In this document: piece by piece, positions 11,258 through 23,804 of the stretch
How positions within the stretch are numbered: the first letter of the stretch is position 1
Layout: each line of letters opens with the position of its first letter
DNA from: Chiloscyllium plagiosum
Taxonomy: Eukaryota
Direction of reading: 5' to 3'
Length of the DNA stretch: 42,420 nt
Assembly: GCF_004010195.1 (NCBI RefSeq)
Contig: NC_057752.1
Coordinates: 6,853,003-6,895,422, forward strand
Program-made: the position numbers and the translations under genes
The notes under the pieces: generated by a model
Told to the model about the DNA's origin: nothing
The model's input: only the letters and a program-made list of their open reading frames with translations
Database searches by the model: none

Positions 11258-12265
11258 CTTCTCAGGCAATCCTTAGGTATCAAGAATGACTTGCCTGTAC
11301 TCCTATTTGCAGGATTCAGAGATGGTTACTCAGACCAACGTGCAATCCGCTGACTCTGCCGTTTGAAGGGAAGCTGGTGCTTGAAGAGTTATGGACACAT
11401 TCGGCTATTCGTGTGCGCTCAGATTCCTCATATCTACACGTTTCCAAAGTCTCTTGATGTGTTTGGTGCCTTCCCAAATGTACCTTCTCTATTTTGGTTG
11501 GTCAAACATCACAGACTCCCGTGCACCAGTAGCAATGTTTGACCTCTTCAGGGTTGTTTTAAGGTCATCATGAAAACACTTCCTCTTTCCTGCTGGGGCA
11601 GAGTTGCAAGTAAAACAGTTGTCTTGGGGATTTTGTCAGACATATAACTGCATGTCCCACCTTTCTTCAGTCAGCCTGAGGCACTGGAGGCAATGAGGTG
11701 GTTTGTTATCTGTCTGCCTTCATCAAGAGGCGGCCCCTAGGATATGGGCAATGGCCCACATTTTCCTGGGTCTCAAATAGAGCTCTGAATTGATTGGAGG
11801 GTTGTGTCACACTGTGGAAGGTGATTGGAAGACCACCTTAGTTCACCAAGAGTTTAGTGGAAGTCCCATTGTCAACTGCTTCTCCAAACCTTATGAGAAA
11901 ATGAGCCGGTGCTTAGCATGCATTCAAGCATCATCTGCACACTGAAGTTCGATAACCTCTGTCAGAGTAACTCATTTTTAGATTGTCCCATCTGTTCTGT
12001 CGATTCCCTCCAGCAAACTGGACACAGACATAGAGTTTAAAAGTGCAGTATTGCAGCGAGGAAATTGAAAATAGGATTGGTATATGACAGAACCTTGTTT
12101 GACTCAGTCTTCAGTTGAAGATCACTGCTTGCATGTCATCACAAAGTAGACTGGTGATGTCAAATTTCCAAGGCAGCCAAACCTTTGCTGTTGGCAAAGT
12201 CAAAGGCTTTTGTGAGGTATTAAAAAAAGGCCATGTATAATGCTCGGTGCTGCTCCTTGCACACT
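11258..12265 (-). mobile_element. Decayed RTE (BovB-like) LINE fragments
   Basis: Minus-strand DLTKAFD-like motif at 12197-12220 and DDMQAVI at about 12120-12142; 3' end resembles 20995-21200. Confidence 0.6.
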
Positions 12266-12319
12266 TTTTAAATTTGCTGCAGTGAAGACTTCGTTTTTAA
12301 AAATCAAATTAAGAACTAA

Positions 12320-14490
12320 GTCATTAAAAGAGAGATGCTGGGCCAGAATGATGATTCCTGCATGATGTGGGAGCTGGTGGACCCCACTGTGGTTCAGAGT
12401 GACCACACCTGTAGCAAATGTTGGCCCAGACTTGATGAGCTGGAGTCTGAGCTTCAAACACTGCGACACATTAGGCAGGGGGCAAAAGATTTATATGAAC
12501 ATTGTTTGTTTCAGGAGGCAATCACATCACTTAGAATAAACTACCTCAAATTCAGTCAGAGACAGGAGGGTGTGACTACCAGTGAGGGAGGTAGAGATAT
12601 CCAGGAAGTAGTGCTGAAGGAGCTTGACTAACAGGTTTGAGATTCTTGCTCCCTGTGCGGATGAGATTGGAGGCTGTGGGAAGATGAGCAAATTAACCAT
12701 CGCACCACAGTGCAGGGAGCCAATAGGTTGGTTGAGGCGAAGTGAAGAGACATGTACTTGTGATCAGGGAGACGATACTCAGGGGAAGAGACACTGTTCT
12801 ATTTGGCCAGGATCAAGAATCCCAAAGGCTGTGTTCCCTGGGTTCAGGATGTCTCACCTGGAGCAGGAGAAGAAAGATCCAGTTGTCGTGGTTTCTGTAG
12901 GTAGAGAGAGGAAAGAGGTTCTGCTGACGGAATATGAGCAGCTAAATTAAAAATCAGAACTGAAAAAGGTAATAATCTCTAGATTACTACCAGAGTCACG
13001 AGAAAATTGGCACAGGGTCAACAAGATTGAAGAGGTAAGCGCATGGCTGAAAGATTAGTGTGGGAGAAACAGTTCACATGCATGGGACATTGGCACCAGT
13101 ACCAGGGAAAGGAAGAATCTGTTCTAACGGAAAGGGCTTCACCTGAATCATGCTGGGGCCAGAGTCCTGGAAAATTTCATAACTAGGGCTGTAGGTAGGG
13201 TGCAAAACTAAATAGTGCAGTAGGGGGTTCTGTTGCATGGAAAATGTTAAAGGGGGCAGTACAGAGGTTTTTAAAGTTTCCAGAACAAGTAATAGGATAG
13301 AGTATGGAAAGGATCAGGAATCTAACTTCAGGCACAGAAGGTCAGGGGACAACTATGAGAAGGTGGGCAGTCAACACAGGACTGAGATGTTGTACTTAAA
13401 TGCACGCAGTGTACAAAACAGGGTAAATGAAATGAACTTTGTTGCACAGACTGAAATTAGCAGGTACAATGTTGTGGATATTACAGAGACATGGCTGCTT
13501 GGGGATCAGGGCTGGGAATTAAAATATCCAAGGCTACACATCCTATCAAAAGGACTAGGAGATGGGTAGAGGGAGTGGGATTGCATTGTTAGAAAGAAAC
13601 AAAATTAAATTGATAGCCAGAAGTGATGTCAAGTTGGAAGGCGTAGAATCGGCGTGGGTGGAGTTGAGGAACCGCAAAGGAAAACAAAGACCCTGATGGG
13701 AGTTGTGTGCAGGCCTCCGAGCAGTAATCAGGATGTGGGGAAGAAAATAAACCAGGGGATAGAAAAGGCCTATATGAAAGATACTATTACAATACTCATA
13801 GGGGACTTCAACCTCCAGGTGGACTGGGAATATCCAGTTGATAGCAGATCTCATGAAACAGAATTTGTGGAATGTCTACGAGATAGTCTTTTGGAGCAGT
13901 TTGTGGTACAGCCCACGAAGGAACAGGCAATTCTGGATTTAGTGATGTGAAATGAGGTAGACTTGATTAGGGAGCTTAAGTTGAAGGAACCCCTATGGGG
14001 CCATGATCATAAATATGATGAATTCACCCTGCAATTTGAGGGGGAGAAGCTGAAATCAGATGGAACACTATTACAATTGAGTACAGGTACAGTAATTACA
14101 GAGGCAAGAGGGAGGAGCTGGCCAGAGGAGATTGGAAGGGGAGCCCAACAGGGAAGACGGTGGAGCAGCAATGGCAGGAGTTTCTGGGGGTAATTCAGGA
14201 GGCAGAGCAGAAATTCATCAAAGAAGAAACATTAAGGGGAGGATAAGGCAACCATGCTTGGCAAGGGAAGTCAAGAAAAATATAAGAGCAAAACAAAAGC
14301 ATTGAATGTGGTGAAGATTAGTGAGAGAGTTCAAAAGGAAATAGCCGACGAGACTGTCACCAATGCCTCTACAATCCATCAGGAATCACTGAAGTCAGGA
14401 AAGGTCCCAGAGAATGGAAAAATGGCTAATGTAAGACCCCTGTTTAAGAAGGGAGGGAAGCAGAAGACCAGCTTACGACAGTTGACCTAG
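12320..14490 (+). mobile_element. CR1 LINE 5' part: ORF1 and ORF2 endonuclease, deleted further 3'
   Basis: SCMMWELVD...HTCSKC (zinc finger); LTNRFEILA; LYLNARSV; ITETWL; IGDFN; QPTKEQAILDLVM; ANVRPLFKKG. Many stops and frameshifts. Confidence 0.9.
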
Positions 14491-14539
14491 GACACCATCC
14501 TATAGAAATGTCCTGAAGTTGACATCCCAATCAAATGGG

Positions 14540-15368
14540 TCAATAGCTGAAAAATGGCAGATGAAGCTCAATCTGGATAAATGCAAGGTACTGCATTTTG
14601 GTACAACAAACAGGGTAGGGCTTACACAATTAATGGTAGGGCCTTGGGTGGTGGTGTAGAACAGAGGGACCTAGGGGCGCAGGTACATAATTCTTTAAAG
14701 TTTGCATCACATATAGACAGGGTGGTTAAGGCAGCGTTTGGCATGCTTGCCTTTATTGCTCAGTCCTTTGAGTATAGAAGTTGGGACGTTATGTTGGAGG
14801 TTGTACAAGACATTGGTGAGGCCTCTTCTGGAAATACTATGCCCAGTTCTGGTTGCCCAGTTATAGGAAGTACATTATTAATCTCAAGAGGGTTCACAAG
14901 AGATTTACCAGAATGTTGCTGGGTATGGAAGGTTTGAGTTATAAAGAAAGGCTGGATCGGCCGTGACTTTTTTCCCCCCCACTGGAGCGCAAGAGGTTGA
15001 GAGATGACCTGATAGAAGTTTATTAAATAATGAGGAGGGATAGATAGAGTTAATGGTAGTTGTCTTTTCCCTAGGATGGGAAATTTCAAGGCTGGGGGGC
15101 ATTTTTTAAAGATGAGAGGAGAGAGATTTTAAAAAAAAAGACACAAAAGGAAATGTTTTACACAGAGGGTGGTTCGCGTGCGGAATGAACTTCTTGAGGA
15201 AGCGGTGGATGTGGGTCCAATTACAATGTTTAAAAGACATTTGGATGGATACATGAACAGGAAAGGTTTGGAGGGATATGGGCCAGGATCAGGCCGGTGG
15301 GACAAGTTTAGTTTGGGATTATGTTCAGCATGGACTAAAGGGTCTGTTTCCATGCTGTATGACTCTCC
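14540..15368 (+). mobile_element. CR1 LINE 3' fragment
   Basis: WQM..N.DKCKVLHFG; EQRDLGAQVHNSLK; RVVKAAFGMLAFI; FTQRVVRVRN; tail catgctgtatgactct. Confidence 0.9.
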
Positions 15369-16444
15369 AAGATGACTGACCAACAACCACAACCATGTTC
15401 CTATGTGGCAGGTATGACTTCAACCAACAAACATTTGTAGAAGTGAAAGTGAATTAAACAGAACAAAAAGCAAATATTTCAGATGTTGTAAAGTCTGAAA
15501 ATAAATTATGTTGTTGAAAGCACTTAACAACATTTCAGGTCAATGACTTTTAAAGAAAGTATTCTCACATTCTACAGAAGATGATAAGATGAGGCAATTA
15601 ATACGTTAAAAACACTGCTTACATTAATGCAGTAAATTTTAATCATGATTACTGAGTTCTCCTTTCTGTTTACAGAAACAAATACAGTATATATTAAATT
15701 TGTATGTGGACAGTAAATGCCTACAGCCATATTTGTTGTGAAAATTGCCCATGTAAATTTACCACATAATAATTATTCCTCATCACCAAAAGGAGATGCT
15801 GCAGTGATGGGAGCTACTGCATTACAAAACTTATCAACATGTGGTCATAGATGATTCAGGGAATACCTAAATAATGATAAAATATATACTTTTAAAATGT
15901 GTGTGTGTCTAGGTGAAATTAGCCTCCCCAACACACAACAAATACATGTGGCTTCAATTTACAGATTAAAAATGTACATCAGAATAACCAGAGCAACAGA
16001 AACCAATAGAAAATAAATTTGTTAGCAGCACATTGGAGTTCAAATACAACATGTACACCTCACAGTACCAATCCAATACAGATACATAAGCAGTGTTCAA
16101 TTAGCATATGTAATTTTCACATAATCCTTCAGTAACCCTGGATTTAAGTCATTAAAACAGTATGCGATCCCCTTGGCAATAGGGCTATCAATGCAGCATA
16201 TGGTCAAATTGTTGCTTCTACACACATTGCAGTCAACTAGCTCTTGGTACTGGTCTCGGCACAAATGTAAACTTGTCAGTCCTTGAACTAAATTAAGCAG
16301 AAACCAACCTTAACCACACCTGGAATAATCCTTCCCTTCACTGCTGTCAAATTTGAACAAATACACTCAACCCTAACATTTGAGGAAGCACTACTTTTTT
16401 TTCCAAATTTTCTTCTCAGAAAATGAGCATCACAGTCAAGAACA

Positions 16445-17950
16445 TCCATAACTGCTCTTGAGAAGTTGGTGTCAAAGAAGGTGCCTTCTTCAAACTTCAT
16501 TACCTCTACCAGATGGACTGCCATGTCACAGTGATGTTAGGGAAGGAGTTCCAGGATTCTGACACAGCAGTGAAGAAATGGTGATATAGTTTCAAGTTAA
16601 GATGGTGAGAGACTTTGAAAATTCTTTGATAGGATACGACTATCGCTGACAAGGTCAGAATTTGTTTCCCATCCTGAATTACTCTTCAATGGTTAGCGAG
16701 CCTAAGGGTTACATGTAACCAGACCAGATAAGGAAGGCAGAATTCCTTCCCTCAAAACAGATAGACAACAAATGGCCACTATTACAGAGAATTTTCAATT
16801 TAAATTCAGCTAGTTGCCATAGTAGGATTTGAAGCCATGTCCCCAGAACATTAGTTTAAGTTTTTAAGACTACTAATCCAGTGATATTACGATTAGGTCA
16901 ACATCTCCCCCTGAATTGGAGAGGGCTTTACAAACGGTGTTCCCATGTAGCTGCCGCCTTTGTTCTTCTAGATGTTCGAAGTTTCAGATTTACAAAATGC
17001 TGACAAAGAAGTCTATAGTTGCTGGAGTACATTGTGTAGATGCTGTACACGGTGGGTCAGTGTTGGAGGAAGTGAACGTTTAAGGGCGACAATCAAGCTG
17101 GCCACTTTGTGCTGGATTTTTCTTCTAACCTGCTCTTGCAGTCACAATATTTATCGAGCTAGGCCAGTTAAGTTTCTGGTCAATGGTCACCCCTCAGGAT
17201 CTTAGTAGTGGGGGCTTCTGCAATGATAATACTATTGAAGTTAAAAGGAGAAAAGGTTACATTCTCTTCTGTTGAAAAAGTCATTCCCTAGCATTTGTAT
17301 GGTGTGAATGTTGCTCATCATGTCTCAGATCAAAGCCAAATGTTATTCAGGTTTTGATGAGTGCAGCCATGGACAGCTTTGGTATTTGACAAGTTATGAA
17401 TAACACTAAACATTATGCAAGCATCAGCAAAATCCCCACCTCTTAGCTCATCATGGAGGAAGGTCTATGGGTGCAGCAGATGAGGATGGTTAGGCTTAGG
17501 ACACGACCCTGAAAAACTTCTGTAACAATGTCCTGGAACATAGATGATCAGCTTCAAACTACCATCTTCCAATCAGTAGAGTTTTCAACCACCTCCTACT
17601 AATTCCCATTGACTTCAATGGTGCCAAGGCTCGTTAATGCCACGTGAGGTCATTGCTCTCTAAGTACAGTAGATAGCACTGATGACAACACCTTCCATAA
17701 CTTTAGTGACGATCAAGAGTCATCCAATGAGTTGTAAACTGGCCAAATTGCATTTGTTCTGCTTTTTGCAGACAGGACATACCTGGGCAATTTTCCATAT
17801 TGTTGGGTAGCTATCTGTTCTGCAGTTGTATTGGAACAGCTTGACTACTGATGTAGCCAGTTCTGAATCACAAGTCTTCAGTACTACAGCCAGGATGTTG
17901 TCAAGGCTGATAGTGTTTGCTATATCTCATATCCTCAGCCATTTTATATC
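16445..17950 (-). mobile_element. Old CR1/L2-group LINE fragment with a nested SINE remnant
   Basis: Minus-strand homology to 2010-2787; K..G.DNI.A.VLK-type linker at 17870-17920, also seen at 26660-26720. Confidence 0.6.
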
Positions 17951-19609
17951 ACATGCACAACATACAGATATCAGAAAGCAACCAATTTACTTGGTAAAGA
18001 AGCAAAATACTTCAGGAAAAAGACAAAAACATTTTACACCCATGTTTCCAAAAATGACAGTGAAATTTGCCAACGCTTAAAGGGAGACTTTACAACACAT
18101 CAATGCAAAAGAAAGTTTAGGGACATAACCCAACACTGCTAAAGTAGCCATTCTGTATGATTCTTGAAACAGTTAACAAATGCTCACTGCAGCATTATAC
18201 AAGGTCATGTCAAATTGCTCAGTCTCAGGTCATTGTGTCTACACAGGTAGCTTACTGAAGCTTTGCACTTTTTTTCAAATTTCTGAAAACAACTATAAAG
18301 AATATTATATCTAGCACCATGTCAATACTTTCCAATAGTTAAAATAATATGCATTTATTTTGAACCTAAGAGGTTTTTTTTTCCGTACACCAGCAACCTT
18401 ACTTTGTTCAAATATTCATGCTCTGGGGTTTGGACAAGTGAAAGTTATTTAACAGTCAGAAGGAAAAACAACTCTTATTTGTTTCCACAGTCAATAGTGA
18501 ATTACATAGTGGCCCTGGCAGAGTCTGGAAGTCTTCGTACCTCGGCAAGAGTTTATGATGGAGATAGGTGGACCATTTTTAATAAACCTATACTTGAACT
18601 CTCATACTTTTAACTCAACTATTTAATCGCATAAAACTTTGAGGGTTTGAAGACAAATAATTTGCGAACAGCCCTGCCTCAGTCAGTACTTGATAATCAG
18701 TCACAATCGACAGAATATGCTTAAAAGCTCATTCTTACAACTTCTACTATTGCATGCTACAATAATAGTATTTAACTAATGTTCAATTATCAAAATAATA
18801 AAAAACTGTTTAGTCATCAGGCAAGCATAACCATATTTCAGGAAAATAAGGTTCATTATAATTATATTTATTCATTATCTTATTACTTCTACATAAAAAT
18901 TAGAGGACTGCATTGTCATTGCTTCCCACTACTCTAACTGCATACAAATGCTGGGCATATAATGCAGTTGCAGTATGCAAGAGACATCTTCACACAATGT
19001 ATTCACAATTACCCTGGATATTTGGGGATTTATTTTTTGCACTGGTATGACCAGTACACAGACCTATAATCCCATACTTTTGTTCGCATTCTGCAGATAA
19101 TATTATCACTATTTAGGATGTGGGTGTATAATCGCTCATGTTACATTTACGTATTACATTTCCCACTCCGTTCGACAATGGATTTTAAAATTGAATTCCA
19201 ACAGGCGAGGAATGTGGTGTCACACAAAAGGCCTCATTCCAGACATTTTGAATACGGAGGACTAAAATACGTGCGTGAAGCATCAAACGCCACAAATAGC
19301 TTCACCAGATGGATTTAGGTGCACTTTGAACAGAATAAACAGAGATCACACTGTCGCTGAGTTTAACTTCTCGAGTGATTGGGGGTTGGGGAGAAGAGGA
19401 GACAAGAGAGAATCTTCATGACTAACAGCACACCTGCAACACTCAATAGCTCTAGGACTCAGAACCATAATATAGGACATCAGTAGTCTCCTCAGAGGGA
19501 TTCCCTGACTGCAATATAACATCTTTAATCCCACGAGAGCCAAATCCTCACTTTCTACCAAATTAGATTCACATTCCCTTGATTAAGAACCTATTGCAAA
19601 CTCACACTT

Positions 19610-20290
19610 AACTGCGCCAACCGTCCCGCCCCTTGGATGATCGATAGCGTGGCCGTCCAATCAGTGAGCGCAAATTCCCCAGAGGCACCAATGATCACGA
19701 AGGAGAGGCAAGACTTCCGGTAGCAGGTGCGGTTGACTGAGAAAAGGAGACAAACGTCTCGAAAAGCGGGCAGCTTTAACATTGCATTTCTCGTTTTATA
19801 TTTTTACAGTAAAAACGCAGAAAACAAAGCAAACAAAGTTTGCTGAATTTGTTCCCGAAGCAGGTAGATTTGCAAAACAAACACTCCCACCCTCCTCCCT
19901 CAGAAGATAATAGTGAATAAATGTTAGGCCGCGGGTTCGTTCGCTTGACAGCGCGACGCGGACCGACATTTTATGTACCGTTTGATTTCGTGTTTAAACA
20001 CTCGCTTCAGAACTGAATAAAAGCCGGTTTTTACCTCAAAAATTAGCGTTTACAGATACAGCAGCATTACCTCCGCTCGGCTTCGAGCAATTGAATTCCA
20101 GTCAGCGAACAACTTCCGCCATAACTTCCGAGCAACAGGGAAGCGAGCAGAACGACAAAAAAAATTCATAACACTACCAGGGCGAGTAGCCAAACTCCAC
20201 CGAATCAATTCATACCGAGAGCAAGGGTAACGAGCAGATCGCTGATACACTGATCGACATTGACACTAACGCTAGCGATTGGAAGCCTGA
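19610..20290. promoter_or_regulatory. CpG-rich promoter / first-exon region of an unidentified gene
   Basis: Dense CpG in an otherwise CpG-depleted window. GC box cccgcccc 19625; CCAAT 19657 and 19688, reverse at 20278; ETS acttccg(g) 19713, 20112, 20124; YY1-like cgccat 20117; minus-strand donor cggag|gtaatg at 20071/20070. Confidence 0.7.
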
Positions 20291-20450
20291 AGAAAATCAA
20301 ATTAGATCTTGTCTGACTTACAAAAACAGACAAATTTTTTTTTGCAAAAAATTTCACTGCAACGTCCATTCATATTAACGGAAACATTAAAGTGAACACT
20401 ACATTCTTTGCCAAAATTACAGGCCAATTGCCAAATAAAACGCAAAATTA

Positions 20451-20643
20451 GTCAGGCAGCCAATGGAGAGAGAGTAAGCTAACGCTTTGAGTTTAAATGA
20501 CTCTTCATCAGAGCTGTAATGAAGAGTAATCTCGACTCAAAACGTTAGCTTGCTCTCTCTCCACGGATGCTGCATAACCCGCTGTGATCTCCAGCATTTC
20601 TTGTTTACAATCCAGATTTCAGCATCTGGAGTAGTTTGCTTCG
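20451..20643. mobile_element. Inverted PLE-end mini-element with two decayed HHR cores
   Basis: Arms 20463-20511 and 20515-20563 are inverted copies; exact 14-bp TSD aaaacgcaaaatta (20437-20450, 20644-20657). Confidence 0.8.
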
Positions 20644-20859
20644 AAAACGCAAAATTAATTGTATTCAGATATAAGTGCGTGTAGTATTGGAAAGTGAGGA
20701 TTCAGTGATTTACACTATTCCCCAAAATGTGGACAAGATGAGAATTATTTCAAAACAAAAACAAGATGGTAATTTAAGATCTTTCATGTTTAGCCTTGAA
20801 TTTTCATTGAATGAAGAGGAAATATAATACAATATGTACCTAGATAAACAAGATCTAAA

Positions 20860-20948
20860 TGGAAGATTACAGACCTGAAACATTAACTCTTTCTCTCAAC
20901 AGATGCTGCCTAACCTGTCGAATATTTCAAGCATTTTCTGATTTCAGA
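20860..20948 (+). mobile_element. Decayed PLE 3' end remnant
   Basis: gacctgaaacattaactctttctctc-acagatgctgcctaacctg; same family on the minus strand at 15460-15550 and at 6945-7004 joined to 11180-11212. Confidence 0.55.
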
Positions 20949-21201
20949 CATATCTACATGAAATTTCCAAATTATAGATTTTTTTGGTAAATTGATAATC
21001 CCTTGCAGATGAGGATGACTTTCTTCCACTCTCAGGGTGAGTCGGTACGTGGATGTACAGACCGATGTGGCTTCTGCAGACTTTGTTACACTTGAGGCAG
21101 AAGGGGGTCATGGGAAGGGGTGGGTGGGGTGTGGTTGTATGCTCCTTGCCCTATTTTCTCCTGACTTCTTCTTTTTCCTGGTGGCAAGTCTTGAGGCACT
21201 C

Positions 21202-21916
21202 ATAGAGTCAGAGAGATGTACAGCATGGAAGCAGACCCTTCAGTCCAACCTGTCCATGCCAACCAGATATCCCAACCCAATCTAGTCCCACCTGCCAGCA
21301 CCCGGCCCATATCCCTCCAAACCCTTCCTATTCATATACCCATCCAAATGCCTNNNNNNNNNNNNNNNNNNNNNNNNNNNNNNNNNNNNNNNNNNNNNNN
21401 NNNNNNNNNNNNNNNNNNNNNNNNNNNNNNNNNNNNNNNNNNNNNNNNNNNNNNNNNNNNNNNNNNNNNNNNNNNNNNNNNNNTCCTGTACAGCCGCAAC
21501 ATGACCTCCCAACTCCTGTACTCAATACTCTGACCAATAAAAGAAAGCATACCAAATTACTTCTTCACTATCCTATCTACCTGCGACTCCACTTTCAAGG
21601 AGCTATGAACCTGCACCCTAAGGTCTCTTTGTTCAGCAACACTCCCTGGGACCTTACCATTAAGTGTATAAGTCCTGCTAAGATTTGTTTTCCCAAAATG
21701 TAGCACCTCGCATTTATCTGAATTAAACTCCATCTGCCACTTCTCAGCCCATTGGCCCATCTGGTCCTGATCCTGTTGTAATCTGAGGTAACCCTCTTCG
21801 CTGTCCATTACACCTTCAATTTTGGTGTTATATGCAAATTTACTGTACCTGTTATGCTCGCATCCAAATCATTTATGTAATTGACAAAAAGTAGAGGGCC
21901 CAGCACCGATCCTTGT
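21202..21916 (-). mobile_element. Young CR1 3' fragment inserted in the RTE copy
   Basis: WAEKWQMEFNSDKCEVLHFGK...EQRDLRVQVHSSLKV; ggcactc is repeated at 21195-21201 and 21917-21923. Confidence 0.9.
21354..21483. other. Assembly gap
   Basis: Run of N. Confidence 1.
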
Positions 21917-23029
21917 GGCACTCTTCCTGGATGATCCTCCTCCACTTTGGACGATCTTGGGCCAGTGATTCCCAGGTGTCTGTTGGAATGTCATACATCA
22001 CCATTGAGGCCTTGAGAGTATCACTGAAACGTTTTCTCTACCCACCTGGGGGTCGCCTGCTGTTTCGGAGCTGGGAGCAGAGCACCTGTCTAGGGAGTCT
22101 CATGTTGATAATGCGAACGATGTGCCCAGCCCATTGTATCTGATCAAGGGTCATCAGTGCCTTGACGCTGCAGATATTGGCCTGGTCAGGGATGCTAGTG
22201 TTAGTGCATCTTTCTTCCTAGTAGATTCGCAAAATCCTGTGCAAGCAGCATTGGTGGCAGTGCTGTAATGCCTTGAGGTGCCTGTATACAGTTCATGTCT
22301 CACAGCTATATAGGAGGGTGGAATCCACCACCGCTCTATAAACCATGATCTTGGTGTTGGATCTGATGTTGTCCTCAAACACCCTTTTCCTCAGGCAGCC
22401 GAAGGTTGCACTAGTACACTAGAGGGAGTGCTGGATCTCTTCATCAATAGCTGCTTTAGCCAACAGGACACTCCCGAGGTATTGGAAGTAGTCAACATTC
22501 TCTAAGGCCTCCCTGTGGACTTTGATGATCAGGGGTTCCCTCCTCAATGCCAGGCCAGGTTGGTGGAAGACTCTTCATCTTGCGAATTTTTAAAATGAGA
22601 CCCATGCTCTCATATGCCTCCGTATAGGTGCTGAGGATGGTCTGGAGTACATCTCTGAGATTGCATGTACACAAGCAACATCTGTGTACTGCAGCTCAAT
22701 GAAGCTGGTTGAGGTGACTTTGGTCTTGGTTTGACGGCAGTGGAGGCTGACTACTTTCCTTAAGAATAAGAAGGCTGCTGGAGCAGATAGTGTCCTCATT
22801 GAGACATTGAAGTGTGGAGGCACACAGCTCCTGCTGCAGCTACCTGCCCTTGTCTGCCTTATCTGAAAGGATGAGAGCTTAGCAATTTCCTTAGCAATTT
22901 CTCATTACAAGTTTTTCAGCTGTATTTTCATAATTAATACTTGGGACTTGGATGTCACTGGCAAGACTGGATTTTATTGTCAATCCTTTAGTACCCTTGA
23001 GAAGTTGCTAAATAGCCTTATCCTACAAT

Positions 23030-23222
23030 CCAAAAATGTGCAAGTTTTTGGCCATACTAAATTGCCCATAGCATTCAGGGATGTATAGGTTGGGTGCATT
23101 CGTCAGGGGTAAATATAGCGTAATATGGTAAGGGAATGAGTCTGGGTGGGTTACTCTTCAGAAGATCGGTGTGGATTTGTTGGGTCAAATGGCCTATTTC
23201 CACACTGTAGGGTTTCTACAAC
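23030..23222 (+). repeat. HE1-like SINE 3' part
   Basis: tccaaaaatgtgcaag...ggccatactaaattgcccatag...aatggcctatttccacactgtaggg. Confidence 0.75.
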
Positions 23223-23282
23223 GATGAAGTCAAGGAAATGTGCCTGCAGTAGGCCTTTGTTGACCAAACTGTTAAAATTGCT

Positions 23283-23490
23283 GAAAATGTGTTGCTGGAA
23301 AAGCGCAGCAGGTCAGGCAGCATCCAAGGAGCAGGAGAATCGACGTTTCGGGCATGAGTCCTTCTTCAGGAAAGCCCTTCTTCAGGCTCATGCCCGAAAT
23401 GTCGATTCTCCTGCTCCTTGGATGCTGCCTGACCTGCTGCACTTTTCCAGCTCTGATCTCCAGCATCTGCAGTCCTCACTTTCTCCTCGA
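23283..23490. mobile_element. Inverted PLE-end mini-element with HHR
   Basis: About 65-bp near-perfect inverted arms. Minus-strand CTGAAGA-A-GGAC-tcat-GCCC-GAAA-CGTC at 23342-23369. Exact 16-bp TSD aaactgttaaaattgc (23267-23282, 23491-23506). Confidence 0.9.
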
Positions 23491-23804
23491 AAACTGTTAA
23501 AATTGCCAACATTTTGATTGCCTAATTGCCTGAAATAAATTGCTTGATCTTCAAAAGACTTGGTCATCTTTGACCATCCAAAGTCATGACTGTTGATCTT
23601 CAAAGATTTCTGCTCATGCAGTCTTTATATAAGGAAATAAAACAAATAGGATATTTTGCATAAGTGCCTACATTTTGAAGAACTTTCTAAAAGGAATTTT
23701 AAAATTTTTTCATACCACATTTGTAACAGTTGATCAAGCCAATTTATATAATCTAAGCTTGACATCACTATAAATATATTAATCTTTAGCATTGCTTAAA
23801 AAAA

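Larger units (their letters stand above)
20995..22865 (-). mobile_element. RTE (BovB-like) LINE 3' part, interrupted by CR1
   Basis: Minus-strand TKVTSTSFIELQYTDVA (RT YADD region), LQTILSTYTEAYESMGL, MVYRAVVDSTLLYSCET, WAGHIVRI, RKRFSDTLKASM. Confidence 0.85.

Noticed and set aside
12320..15368. A single full-length CR1
   Set aside because: The RT core is missing and the 3' piece looks like a different, younger subfamily separated by unrelated sequence.
15690..18830. C/D-box snoRNAs under a snoRNA host-gene hypothesis
   Set aside because: Isolated box C-like words (15779, 18813) lack a correctly spaced box D and terminal stem.
20050..20250. 66-aa Arg-rich minus ORF as a first coding exon (mitochondrial-targeting-like)
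   Set aside because: Phase-0 splicing to the nearest candidate exon (19090) reaches a stop within nine codons, and no homology is recognised.
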